DNA of 64,000 nucleotides from Trichoplax adhaerens (lineage: Eukaryota; Animalia; Placozoa). The notes beneath the pieces were generated by a model. That model was not told where the DNA came from, did no database searches, and worked only from the letters and a program-made list of their open reading frames with translations. The stretch covers positions 3,677,454 to 3,741,453 of the forward strand of contig NW_002060946.1 of the NCBI RefSeq assembly GCF_000150275.1, read 5' to 3'. This document shows positions 28,165-42,400 of the stretch, in pieces. How positions within the stretch are numbered: the first letter of the stretch is position 1; each line of letters starts with the position of its first letter. The position numbers and the translations under genes are program-made.

Positions 28165-28937
28165 AAAGCAGGTCTGATTGCTGGTACTGATGGTTGTAGA
28201 GTGCTGTAGAAATCATCTTATCCAGCCAGCCATTTTTTACTCACTCGTTTAGTGGTTGCCTACTGTGTGCACTGTATACCATGCAAGGTTAATGAAAAGA
28301 TCAAGGATGTAAGTAGTATTTATGCACAGCAAAGCAGGTCTGATTGCTGGTACTGATGGTTGTAGAGTGCTGTAGAAATCATCTTATCCAGCAGCCAGCC
28401 ATTTTTTACTCACTCGTTTAGTGGTTGCCTACTGTGTGCACTGTATACCACGCAAGGTTAATGAAAAGATTAAGGATGTAAGTAGTATATTTGCACAGCA
28501 AAGCAGGTCTGATTGCTGGTACTGATGGTTGTAGAGTGCTGTAGAAATCATCTTATCCAGCCAGCCATTTTTTACTCACTCGTTTAGTGGTTGCCTACTG
28601 TGTGCACTGTATACCATGCAAGGTTAATGAAAAGATCAAGGATGTAAGTAGTATATTTGCACAGCAAAGCAGGTCTGATTGCTGGTACTGATGGTTGTAG
28701 AGTGCTGTAGAAATCATCTTATCCAGCAACCAGCCATTTTTTACTCACTCGTTTAGTGGTTGCCTACTGTGTGTTCTTTATACCATGCAAGGTTAATGAA
28801 AAGATCAAGGATGTAAGTAGTATATTTACACAGCAAAGCAGGTCTGATTGCTTTAGTGGTTGCCTACTGTGTGCACTGTATACCATGCAAGGTTAATAAT
28901 GAAAAGATCAAGGATGTAAGTAGTACATTTGCACAGC
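28165..28937. repeat. Near-identical tandem repeat with alternating 166/169-bp units, 4 full copies plus 1 internally deleted
   Basis: aaagcaggtctgattgct starts at 28165, 28331, 28500, 28666 and 28835; a diverged copy lies at ~27970-28160. Confidence 0.95.
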
Positions 28938-29383
28938 TGCGATGTCTCATTGGGCAAGGCAGGTCCATGCTGAATTGCTGATCCTTTTCATGGTGGCAAA
29001 GTCCTCGTTCAAGTCGATACTATAGCCACTGTAGTGCAAACACAGTCCGTAACTACTGATCCATTTGGATTTATCCGAGCCTTGTAGCAAACACTGTAGA
29101 GTACAGATGAATTTTACGTTGAAAATTTCTCCAATTCTCTACGATTGTTGAGGAAATAATCCAAAATTAGACTAAGGATCCAGCTGGAAAATATTTTTGT
29201 CGGATCGGAAGTGGGTCTGCAACCAACTGTACAGTATTCTACCCTACTGCCCGATACAGTAGCCATGAGCCTATACGAACACACAATGATGATCGACTCG
29301 ATGCCCACACGCTACTCAAATAAGTAGGAGATCATCACTACGCAGACTCTATTCTTTTTCAAGAAATCGGCGGTTATCCAGCT

Positions 29384-32300
29384 ATGGCGGGGCTAGTAGC
29401 AACCGAGAAATGGATACGTCAGCGCATCCAGTTAAAGCATGATAATTTAGGTAAAATCCAATTCATTGATTATTACTTACTTTTATGCAAGGTTATCCAC
29501 CTTTTATAGCAGCTGTAGGATGATGAGTAGGCCACTAGGTTGGCTGTTAACGATGCTACTTTCGCTATGATAAGATTGGACTTGGGATATTTATTTATAG
29601 TGATGTTGTCTATTTTGATTAGCCAGCAGGCCTTGAATCGATTAAAGTATACTCTAGTTGATGTTATGATAGTGGAAAGAGAATAAATTGTAATGGTTCT
29701 AGCTCAACTTGTTAATTCGTATGATCGATTCAAGAAAATAGTACAGTAATAGCAGCTGGTGTAGATAGAAAATTGAATTTAAATGGACACAATGAGTACT
29801 CTATCGAGGGCGTCGTCAACCGTCCCTTATTGATCAGACGCTTTATTTCTCTCTTGATTCTGCACTAGTACTAGGACGACGAATAGTAAGCAAGTGATTT
29901 TTCTCCAGTAGTCCACAACTTGGATATATGTTGATAGATAGACAATCGACTACTACCATTATTACTATATATACAAGTTATCTTTATTATGCGAACTTTA
30001 CTAATATAGTCACTAATCATTGCTAAATGAAGTCAAGACACTTGATTAGTTGAACTTAGTCATAGCAACTTGAAATCTTCATTCCACATAGCAATCATCT
30101 CAGTAGATATATCAACAGTAATCGAATGTCTTTCATGATAGTAATTATCTCAGTAGATATATCAACGCACTATCCGCTAACTTATTGACAGTAATTGGAG
30201 GTCTTTTCAAAATAGCAATCATCTCAATTTGATATGTCAAGACACTGGGTTAGATTAACTTATTTACGGTCATGCAAAGTCTTTTCTAAGATGACGATCA
30301 TTTCAGTAGATATATCAAGACACTGTCCATCAACTTATCTACAATAGTTTAAGGCCTTTCCAAGATAGCAATTATCTCAGCAGACTTAATAAGACACTAA
30401 ATTCCATTAACTACTGATAGACCCGTATAGTAGTTTGAGGTCTTTTTCAAGAGAGTGATCATCTCAGTTTTGATAGATCAACATACTGGATTAGATTAGA
30501 TTAACTTATTTACAGTAATTTGAGATAGCGTTCATCTCAGTAGACATGGCAAATACAGTATACCAAATGATGATGCATGCAATCCATTAAATTACCACAG
30601 ATTAACCAAGTAATTACGCGTAGAACATTTAATATTGGATGATCGAGGAAAAATAGTTTGCTGCTGTATTAAAATAAAATGATTCTGTATAATATTCTAG
30701 ATTTGCTGATGTGCAGTATTATTGCAACAGTTGTCATAGCATGTTTGTGTAGACGAGGTAAAAATATTTAACCTTGGTTGAACAGGGAAACAACAAGTTC
30801 CTACTGCATTTGAAACATTAGACGCATCATCATGTAACTATGACATCTAGAAACTAAATTTTTATAGCCCGTACGTACGGTGTACTACGACGAGAGCTCA
30901 TAAAACGATTAAACAATCAATCTTTTCAAAATTTGAATGTCTTAATCAACATTACCAAGAGGATAGCTATTAATAGTATCGAAATAGGAAAGAAGCATCC
31001 TGTATTCATAATAAGCCTTTACGGTAGCATGATATTATTCAAAGTGCTTCGCAAGACTTGACCACCACGGTAACAACAGGAACGGTAACATGGAGTTTGC
31101 AAGAAAATCACGCTAGCAAGACAAAATGAAATGATATTGTACATATACAATAATAGTCAAGAAATAGACAATATTTTCGACGTAGTACTATGCTATTAAA
31201 GGGAGCCAAAACTTGCAAATACGTAGTTTCTCAAAATTAGGTATCTACTCAATTCCAGATAAAATTTTTAAAACTTAACAGGCACTTTTAAGTCGAAATG
31301 GAAGATTGTTTTCATTTCATGATCGTTGGAATTATACACCCAATAACGCGCCATATTTTAGAAAATTTTTCTCACTTTCTTGCTATACGTATTCTAGTAC
31401 CTGCATTTTACATTTTGTTATAGTAATGCAAGTTGAAAGTGTGTATCTTTGGTAGCTACACTATATCGAATAAGAATAATAATTTCTATTATTATATAGA
31501 CGATGTACGTTCTTTATCATTACCCGGCGCATATCAAGAGAAGATCATAAAACTTGGCTCAGGTCTCGTTGGTTTTGTGCGTGTAAAACATGTCGACTTG
31601 TCACGCAATGCACTTACTTCGCTTGATGTAAGTTATTTACTTTCCTTTCACCGTACCTCAAGTTACCGAAATGATGCTATCTCATATTTCTATCAGTTAA
31701 TATGATAGCATATTTAAGTCATAGCTATCCATCAATCATTGTTTTACAACTTTTCTATCTTTATTTATAGGGATTAGAAAATCTCAAGTTATTGGAGAAG
31801 TTAAACTTGTATCCTAAATAAATTGATTCGACATTGAAGTTATTTGCTCGTAATTACATATATATACCGTATGAAAATATAAAAGTAGTACCGTTAAAAT
31901 AGCTCTACGAATGGAGAGATATACTCGTAAATACTGATGATATCGAATCTATAGATCTTGTTTTCCTTAATTAATCGATCTAAATCGTAGATATTATAAT
32001 CGTATAGCTTCGCTGGATGAACTATATAAACTTAGGCATAATACAAACTTAAAGGTAGGTAATTTGCAGTACCGAGTGTATTCTTTGCTACAATCCTCAA
32101 CTGAATAGTAAATAGGTTAATGTTATACGTAATCGCTAACATAGTGCTTATTGTATTAACATACCAAAAATTTATGTCATCAGAATTATATAGTGTACGC
32201 ACAGAATCATGGATATACAAAAAAGTCGTGACAACAATAATTTTTATTTTACCTTAGGAACTTGACTTGAGATTAAATCCTGTCACTAAGAACGAATCCG

Positions 32301-35300
32301 ATTATAGGCTGTTTGTAGTTCATATGCTACCTAGTTTAAGACGACTTGGTAATTAAAATTTATACCCATATTTTTGCATATTTCACCAAAATCGTTGACC
32401 TGCTACAGTAATAAACCTTTTCTATTCCACCATAATGATTAATTTTATTTTAATAGACGATCGTAGCGTCAGAGATAGTGAACGAAGGGCAGCTTTAACC
32501 CTCTTTTCTACGGATGCTGTAAGATTCTTCTAATAGCTAATGTTATTTAAGTTGTTGATATATAATCGTCCGTATATAATAAACCTGTAATGATACTATT
32601 TACTGTTAATATATCTTAGTATAGAATGATTGAAATCCTTTTTATTATATTTACTTCCATTTCACATATGCTCGAAGGCAACCGTAATGTCACAAAAGCC
32701 AAATGTACAAATTGCTAAATCTTCCCCCGAAAAGTAATCCTATTATCCTGCCTTTAATGAAATATACAGTAGCATATATTTTGTACGATAAAAGACACAT
32801 ACATAAGAACTTAATTATATTTTAATACACCTATACATGTATAGATCTTCCGTTCCAAGAGTTAATATGGTTAAATCCCTAGCCAGGCCTCCACGTAAGT
32901 GAATATCGACAATACTACCAATTATGAATTATTAGAAGCTATACGATGCGAATTTGTAATATAATGGCATTCTACTAATTCCATGTTAGAAGTATATTAA
33001 TTCACTAACATTTAAATTGTCATTAAAATGGCTCGTTTAGTAATGGTGCAAGACAACGATGATGAATTATTAGATTTGGTAGCGCGTACTGGTGGTGATC
33101 TAGGTCAAAAAAGAGAAATGACTGGGTCAACGGCAAGAAAACCCGTTGCCGATAGTTACACAAAAGAAGAACTAAAAGGTAAAAGTTTCCTTATGCTGAT
33201 TTTTACGTAATATTGTTAATAGTTTATATAAAATAATATTAAGTATTGAAATTATTGCTACTAATTTTTTTACCTTTAAACAGTTCTAAATCAAGATGAT
33301 GATCAACAGAGGCATTTTAAGCTAAAAAGGATAGATGATTCACCATCGAGATATGGCAGCACTAATAATAAATTAGATACGTCATTGGCAGCATCAAAAT
33401 CCGTTACTTCCCCAGGTAGGAATACAACATTTTGTTCCTGATAAATTTGATTAAATCTAATAACTTAGACAAGCAGGACTGATAATCTTTAACAATACCC
33501 TTTTTATTCCTTTTAAAATATAGAAAAAACTAGTAGGATACATGGCCGCAGCAGGGTACAATTTGCTGATGAAAACATTAGTGCAGTTATATCCCCAAAT
33601 AGAGGTCGTCATTTCGATTCGGAAATTAACAAAACTGATGACCCTAATTTAAAATTTCAAGATCAAAGGCAAGCCTATACGAAATATATTTCAAAAGCTA
33701 ATTTTACTCCCGCTCCGCCAGAGGTGCAAGATAAAGATGCTGAGAAAACGAATTCGCGAATAACAAGCAAAGATCGAATTCGCTATGACGATACGTTGAC
33801 GACAGTGACTTCTCCTAGTGTAGGCGGTGACACTACTCAAGTTAGCATAATTTTCAAACGTTTATTCTGTAATGTCGCATCAATTAATCGGTCATTATGT
33901 AATAATATAAACGTGTTAAGATGACATTGAAACATTTGGCTATGTTACAACAGTGCTTTATAGCATGCTACATTGGCGTTCATCTAGGGCTTTTATTAAA
34001 GTGCTATACTCCCATATTTTGTATGATTACGCATAATTTGGATTATGATATACAGTACTATGAAATTGACATTAATAGTACACATAGTATTAAAAATGTT
34101 GATGACAAAAATACCATTTTACTGATTACTCATAATATCCTAACCCTAACCCTAACATTATCAGGGACTATTCGGAAGAAGAGAAAGGGGCGGGACACGG
34201 CCGAAAACTGCAAAAAAATGAAAAGGCCAACGATCGTGTCTTGTCCCTTTCTCTTCTTTCGAGTAGTCCCCGATATCTTACGTGTACGTAGCAAACGTAA
34301 CGGTCCATGTATATGTTGTATAGATCGCTTAGGTCGTTTTAATTTATCCACAGGTATCACAACCCGATAAATCAACCCTCGAGAATTATGTAGCATTACC
34401 GAAAGTGGCTGTTGAAGAAATGCTTAATCTCGTAGACAGGTTAATTATTATATCGAAAGAATAAGTAATTAAATTTTTATATACCTATACAAACTTATCT
34501 GTTGCCTAATTCGTGATAATAGATATTGGAATGGTTCAAAATCGCTCCATCGCAATAACAAATTTCAAGGTATTGCAAAACAGAGAATTTCTAAATTCCT
34601 GAAAACTACTCTTACTGTAACAGTTATCACAATAATAAATTGTGCTTAGAACAGGGATAACTCATGTGATGTAAATTTATTTGTCTTAGTTATACAATAT
34701 GATAAGATCGTTTGATAAATGCGGATATTATAATTACGTAAAGGGTCAAAAATAGGAATGCTATAATGCGAGAAACAATACAGTACTAGGATATCTACCT
34801 TAATAAATAAACAAAACACTAAACTGAATGAGGGGGAAGCAAAAAGTAATTTATAAGTAAAATTTGGTCTATTTGGATGCTCTAAATGTAAATAAATTAT
34901 CTTCGATATAGAACACAAAGTTTCGTTGTGTAGTCAATCACATAATTTCTAATACTTATTAGTATGCCAAGCTTATTAACAAACATATTTAGATAATTTA
35001 ATTGTAGCAGCTGTACTTACAACAAGCTAAGAAATATATACTCGTAAATTATTATTTACGTCAATCCAATGAATTTCATGTATATCAATTTTTAGGCCAT
35101 CTTGAAGCCATGCTTTCAAAGTATATTAAAACTCCAGCAGCAGTATTAGAGGAAAATGAGCAATTAAAAGCCAAACTTCACGATTGTATTGATGAGTTAT
35201 CATCAATAAGAACTAATTACCAAGACAAAGCTAACGAAATTGAATCCTACAGAAATCGCTTGCAACAACAAGATGAAATTAAGCTAGTGCTCGAGAAGGC

Positions 35301-36011
35301 TAACAAGGATCTAGTAAGAATGTAGATGTAGACCTATCAGTGGATCTATCAATGACATAAATTATAAAATTTTTTAAATTTATAGTTTATAGTAACTAAT
35401 AAAAAAACTTCTTTTTGCAGGATCTTCTACGGTCTCGGTATGAAAAAATAAAAGAAGAGAACGCTTCATTGAAAAGTCAAGTTGGTTCTGTTGAATCTAT
35501 ACAACAACTAGAGATGAAATATCAATCACGTTTAGGTAATAAATGAAGATTTTGCAATTTTTGCTTATCATATCCATTGACTAGACTGTTAAATCTTAAT
35601 TCCATGATCATGATATGACAGCTACACCTTTTTGTTTATGATATTACAAGATGAATTCGTGAAAGAGAATCGTACTCTTAAACAAGAATTAGAATCATTA
35701 AAAAGTGAATCCTCGCAGGTTCATGCCGTTAATACCAAGATTCAAGCACTAACTGGCATGTTACAGGAAAGTCATGGGTAAGTAAATTAATCACCGTACC
35801 TGTTGAATCGTTACTTTCGATGTTTAATTGATTGCAAATTTTTATTCCTCACTCAACTTTGTACTTTTGTAGAGCATTAGTCGCAACAAATCGCCATCTG
35901 TTGGAGCAGTTAGAAGAGACAAAAGAGAGACATCAAACTGAAGTTGAACAGCTCCATTGGAGTTATAATCAATTAAAGAAGACATTGTCATTATCTGACT
36001 TGAGTTCATAA
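29384..36011 (+). CDS. CEP72: CEP72/LRRC36-family centrosomal LRR and coiled-coil protein, multi-exon
   Basis: SLSLPGAYQEKI, VDLSRNALTSL, KLNLYYNRIASL, LDLRLNPVTKNESDYRLFVVHMLPSLRRLDDRSVRDSER, NLVDRYWNGSKSLH and C-terminal ALVATNRHLL..EVEQLHWSYNQLKKT all match recalled human CEP72 blocks. Confidence 0.93.
30060..30545. repeat. Degenerate intronic tandem repeat (CEP72 intron 1)
   Basis: atagcaatcatctcagtagatatatcaa-like motif recurs about 7 times at irregular spacing. Confidence 0.7.
31809..31990 (+). other. U12-type (minor spliceosome) GT-AG intron in CEP72
   Basis: 5' site GTATCCTA; branch sequence TTTTCCTTAAT at 31961-31971, ~20 nt before the AG; no polypyrimidine tract; splicing (TT|A) restores KLNL-YYN. 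Confidence 0.85.
34139..34275. repeat. Telomere-like CCTAAC repeat x3 next to a 41-bp imperfect inverted repeat (possible MITE remnant or RNA hairpin)
   Basis: cctaaccctaaccctaac at 34139-34156; arms 34159-34199 and 34235-34275 are complementary at 35 of 41 positions. Confidence 0.8.
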
Positions 36012-36339
36012 CAGTTGACGTTGCAGATATTCCTCATGTATGGGGTTACTGACTATGCGCACTTTTTTAGTATGCTAGTCATTATTGTTTGTTATCGATA
36101 GATCGACAGCGTTAAAAGACATGCAGGAATGAAAGAAAAAGTCGCAGTTTATAGCTTAGCCAATTCTTAATGTTCATAGTATCTTATAAAATTTGACATC
36201 ATAACATTGAATCGATGACTTTCAGTAGCTACACTATATTTTTACTTATTTATACGGCATCTTAACTACGCTACGAAATAGTATAAAATTTTATAAAATG
36301 GCATAGTTGCCTTATTTGTACAGGTTAGTTTTCAAACGG

Positions 36340-36596
36340 TATAGCAAGAACGATGCGATATCATTTTTATTTTATACGACAGCAGCTGATACTGTTGATT
36401 AGAACGCCATTAATAATGCTTGCTTATTCTTAGAAATGTGAGCATAATTAATATTGTACATTAATTCTTTAAAACGATATAGCAAGGACAATCCTACATC
36501 ATTTTATTTTATACAATAACAGCTGATGCCGTTAATTAGAAAGTCTTTAATGTCTGTTTATTCTTAGAAATATAGACATAACTAATATTGTACATT
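36340..36596. repeat. Two-copy diverged direct repeat (~138 bp)
   Basis: tatagcaag...cagctgat...ttattcttagaaat...aatattgtacatta occurs twice. Confidence 0.7.
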
Positions 36597-39489
36597 ACTT
36601 ACGAATATTTAAACATTTAAATCATGTAATAGATTATTTATATATATTTAAAATATCGTAAATCTAACTAACCTAAATGTCCTTGAACAAACATTTTCGA
36701 TCGTCTGGCTATATTCTTCTCTGGATATGTATAGTTTACTTGGATAACTTTTCTTTTGGTTGTATTCATATATTACTGAATACATTTTTGTACATACCGT
36801 TTAGACGAGTATAATGTATACTGTATATGTGTGATGGAAATATTTTTACTTCGTATTTGATATTGGTTGCTTATTCAAATTGCTAACATAATGCGGTCAA
36901 ACAGGATTTTCTTGCTTGCATGTTATAACGTACTAAAATTATGCGCTTATCATTTAAACTCGTAAAAGTTCTCTAATTTTGTTTAATTATATAACATTTG
37001 GTGCTATTCCATTAGATATGATAACACGTATGATATTCTGTGGTAGATGTTTAGTAAGACTGATATTTTTAACGTTATCTATCCAAACTAGAAGAGCTAC
37101 CCCTCTTATAATTAAGTAAAATATCTTTTTTGCAAGTACTGTAACATCGAATATAGACATACGAATGGTATCTCGTATGAGGTATACTTAGTCTATTATC
37201 ATGATTGTAATAATTGCTAGCAAAACTGACAGCTGATTTTTTAGATTGTTTATCAGATATTGGTCTTAATCACATTAACATTATGCATTGGTAGAATATG
37301 AGTCTATGTGATTAATTCCCAATGATAAAGCTTTTCTGACTTCTTGTGCATCATTGGTTGCTTATTTTGTTGGCGCCGTCTATTCAATAGACTTTTTAAC
37401 GTATCATGGCCTTTTTACCGGGATTTTCTCTGTCCGTTTACTGCGTAATTATTCCCATAATTTTGCTTTTAATTTCTTATGCATCTCGGTTGTCGCAAGG
37501 ATATCACAGTATTGTTGATAACGTCTTCAATTTTTCATTTATGTCCACTACAACTGTATGAATACATTTGAAAGTATTTAATTTCTACATGCTGTAGATG
37601 GTAAAATAATCAACTCTGTATTCATATATATTAATACAGAGTCTTCTATAGTAGGAATTGCTTAGCCGCAATAACATTTTTAACAACATACTAGATTTTT
37701 TACAGATAATCTTTTTTATCGCTTTCCTATTGATATTGCCAAGCTTAATATCTTGGTAGTGCTTCCATTTTTAATACCTGATTCATTACAGTACAAATCT
37801 GTAGAACCTTTACTTAGCTTGCTATCTAGCGTTACTGTAATATTGAATTAAATGCTAATGATAATTTTTAATTGATTAGTTTTAGCTCAATTTTTAATAC
37901 TTAACGCACTATCACGGTCGTATTATTATTATTACAATTTTAAATTAATAAATTTGGTTCGTAATTCCATTTATTATGCGTGTAATCAAGGTATGATGGA
38001 TCAAACATGATCCCGGTTAAACTGCCTAGGATATTTATTAGCATTTTATCTTGTTATACAGTAGCTGAATGATACAGAAAAAATACTGAAAATCGCTTTC
38101 CTTGAGATCCACTTATATTTCGAATATTCATGCTATCGTCATGCCGATCGATGATCTGATTATTGGCATTTTAACTTGTTATAGCTGGATGAATACAGAA
38201 AGTATCCACTTGTACTCCGAATACTCATGCTATCCTTATACAACCCTAAAATTTCGATCGATGATCAGATATTTTATCTTGTTATAGCTGGATAGATATA
38301 GAAAGAATACAGAAAAAATTTCTCCTTGAAATCTATGTATACTTCGAATGCATATACTGTTCTTATACTATACTGAAATTTTAATCTAATGACATCGATC
38401 ACATTAGATAATAAACGATCAAGAAGTATGCTTATTGGAATAGATTTTACCACGCGACTTTTTATTCTAATTATCTATCTACAAATACTGAAGATATTAC
38501 CAAGACTAACATAAATCATAACAAGACTCGATATTGTAGTTTCGCAAATAGAATTTGTTAAATCATCTAATAAAGCAATCGATAATATCCATTATAAAAA
38601 ATGATAGGGGATGATTATCTTCAAACTAATGATAGTATCAATTTTTACCAGTAGTCTAAAAATAGATTTTGCGTTAATAAAATTCATATACATTTTGTCT
38701 TATGATGACATTATCTTTATAAATGCTAAAAATCCAATGATAATTACATGTTTTCTAGCTAAGTAGGTGAATGTTACGATGGTTGGCGAGTAGATTTAAG
38801 AATGATTGCGACTTTATTCTAGTTTTCTACTTCTTATGATATCCTAATAACAGTTTAGCTAATAGTTACCGTATATAGTCTGGTTAATGTAGCGTAGGAA
38901 GTGAGAAAAGGACAAACTAAGTAGGTTACGTTAGGTATTCACACTAGTTTAAAACGAAATGAATAATTTACTTGCTAGATGCTGTCTCAATTTACATAAT
39001 TGAATATTAATTTACGCTCCTAATCTAGTGAGGGATACATTATGATGCAGGTTAATCGATGCAAAGTCTCCTAATTTCTCATTAATATTCATCACATTGA
39101 AAAGGAAAATAAATGGATCGGGTTAAAGTATGGACAAATTCAATTAAAAATTGTAGAATGCTGTAATATCTTTATCTCATCTATTTCCATCTTATCCAAT
39201 AATGACTCTTCAACGTTTTGATCAGAGGAGGAAATAACATCTTTTATGTCAATTAATTATCGTTACTAGAATAGAAAAAGGTTTACCATAGTCTATTTAC
39301 TCGTAGTATTAGTCGATAGAAGAACCCATGACATATTGTTCAAGGATAAGATTTTAAGATCTCTGTCTTAATCTTTCATAACTGTTTTCCAAAAATAACG
39401 ATGTTGGGATAAAAATAAGGTGAAATTGTGCCTGAATGAATATATGCTTTCCAAGAAAGGATTTTGCTTCTTGTAGGAGTTTAGCTATC

Positions 39490-42400
39490 TTAGCTGTCTT
39501 CGTTAGTTTGTTCCTCTTCATTTTCAACTTGCTCTGTAGCCTCGCCATTTTCTCCGGCAGTCTCACCATTTTCTTCAGCAGCTTCAGCGGTTTCTTCACC
39601 AACTTCAGCCACTTCAGCAGGTCCTTCAGCAGCTTCCTCAGCTACTTCACCAGATCCTTCAACAGCACTATCTTTATTGCCATCTACTTCTTCTTGTTCT
39701 TGATCAATTTGGTTGTTTTCTTCTGCCGCTACTGTTTCTTCATCTCCGCTATTTTGATCTTGTTGCTCACTTGTGTCTTCACCATTCCCAGTTTGATTAT
39801 CTTGATCGTCTGCTTGAGTTTCGCCATTATCTCCATGGTTATTCTCTTCACTATAATTTTCTTGCTGATCATTACTGTTATTTTCTTCTCCTGCTTCTCC
39901 CTCTATATCGACACCATTGCTCTCATTTTCTTGCTCTGCGTCATCAGGCTTATTTTCTGTATCCTCCTATCCCATAACGAGTGTAGACAAGAAAATAAGT
40001 AAATTAAAATATTCCACCCAGGATTTATTATATGAAATTAAACGGGATGATGTTGCTGCTTCAATCAGCGACTTTTCTTAGCAGTCGCTAACATTACTAA
40101 TATTAAAATCTCATTTTTGGGGAGATTAATTTTTGAAGCTGCTTATATAGTAAGTAATCAGATAGAGTCAATGAAAGACAAGCACAAAAAGCCGGCGTAC
40201 AATTTTCATCCTTTTCTCTAGTATTAGTGTAATATCTAACCTGATCTTGAGTTTCAGACATACTGCCATCAACTCCATCTTGCTGTTGCGAATCATTTTT
40301 TTCTTCAGTTTCCTCAGATTCTTCTTTAGGCTCTGGTTCTATTATGATTGGGATACCAAAAGACATTTGCAATTGATGTAGTGGTTTTTCTGCATTTGAA
40401 AATTTAGCATCAGCCAGTAGCTTCATGGCAGCTAAAAATTGATTGTAGGATATTCTCGTATCTGAGATTCTGTATAATTAAAAGGATTTTAATATTATAA
40501 AATTACTCTATATGGTCATAACTCTCGTAAAAAAAATCATCAAATCATTTTTTCTTCATCGTGGAAAATTACGGTATATATTGAGATTGATTCTTAGTCA
40601 ATGAAATCAATTAAGCTAAAATCTAGACCATATCTCTTCTATGGCAGTAAGTATCTATTTATCGATATAGCTAAGATTTAGGGAAACAGCCATTAGAGAT
40701 CAAATTTGATGAAACTAAAATCTAGACACTACCTCAATTATTACAGTTGGCATCTACTATTTATATATGTAAGGTTTAGATTTAGAAAAAAGTAATTAGA
40801 GAGAGTATTCTTGTCTTAATTTCATCGATTTTAGTCAATGAAATCGAATTAAACTCAAACCGATATTCTATTTCTTTATTCTAGTTAGTATCTACTACTT
40901 TATATATGTAAAAGAGAAAAATGCTTAGAGAGAATATTTTTAATTTTGCTTTGATTGATTCTTAGCAAGTAAAATCGAATTAAACTAAAGTATATATCCT
41001 ATCTCGTTACTGTAATAAGTATATACTTATATATACGCAGTATATAAGATTAAGGAAAAGAAAGGGCTTAGAGAGAGTATTTGGTCTTAGTAAATGAAAT
41101 CAAATTAAAGTAAAATCTACACGTTATCTCGTTTATTGTAATTAACATCTACTTATTTACATATATACAGTGTATAAGAAAAGAAAGGTTAGGGAACGTA
41201 TTTTGGTCTTAGACAATAAAATGAAATTATACTAAAATCTACACTCTATCCCATCTATTGCAGTTAATATCTATTTATTTACATATGTAGATTTTGGAAA
41301 AAACTACCGGTACTTAAAAAGAATATTTTGATCTTATTCATATCCTTTCAGATCCCTTTATTATCAATATGAATTGCAACAGCTTGGTAAAGATTAACGG
41401 AACTTTGTTAAATAGGTTTACAATAGGGTCCGAAGTCAATTTGAACTACTATATCCTTTCATTAGATTGAATAATGTTTGAATGGAATCGGTTTATATCG
41501 AATCAGTTGTAAGGAAAAGAAAGTAAAGGCTAACCGTGGCTAATTTATGACAGTCTAATGATAATAGTTCTTTCCCTATGGGATTTCATTGCGATGGATA
41601 ATGTTACTTCTTAGATCCTAACTATCAAGAAAATCTATCGTGGGTGTTAATGAGCGTAGATAACCCTATGATAGAAATTACTTGCAACTAATAACGATAG
41701 ATTAAGAACGAGCGAATAAATGGTAACATTGTTATCCCTTTTTTCTGCCCTACAGTACATATAAAAAAGCAATCATGACTAAAATTTTATCCAATTGCAT
41801 CTAAACTGCAGCAATCATAAAATTGATGCTCAATTATATAATACATTGTGGTTAAGTTATTCTATAACACAATTGATAGTATAAGAAATTAATAGAGTTC
41901 CGTTCTAAATTCAATATAATTATAATTAACACTGGATTTTGATTTGATAGACACTGCCAATCTGTCAGTATTGCAAATGCCTTTACTTCACGTTTTATAA
42001 TCCAATAAGAACCGGAAAGAAGAAGTAATTATTTCTCCTGTATTACGAAAATGTTATGAGTTTCTTTCGCGATTTATGATTCAAAAGAACATGTAGAAAG
42101 ACATGATTGCTAATCTTATATCAAGAGAATGTTAAGTGCCTTTCACGTATTATAATCCAAAAGAATATAGATCACGTTTTATGATTCAAAAAGAGCATGC
42201 TAGAAGACGTGATTATTAACCTTGCATTAAGAAAACGTTAAAATATCTTTTATGCTTTGTAGCTCAAAAAGAATACGGAGTAGGGGATGACTATTAATGT
42301 TGTATTGAGAGAATCAACTTTACAATTACCTTTCCTTCATGTTTCATAAAGAGAACTAGAGGGAGGAAGTAAGTATGAATCTTGTACTACGAGAATCTAT

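Noticed and set aside
28165-28937. Possible CRISPR array
   Set aside because: Whole units repeat with no unique spacers, the context is eukaryotic and there are no cas genes.
34139-34156. Telomerase RNA template
   Set aside because: Three repeats exceed a typical ~1.5-repeat template, and I cannot see a pseudoknot or H/ACA domain.
33921-34396. Opposed ORFs sharing SGTxRKKRKG
   Set aside because: Produced by the intronic inverted repeat; not coding.
39436-40002. 188-aa hydrophobic, TM-like ORF on +
   Set aside because: Antisense shadow of the Glu-rich TPPP-like exon 3.
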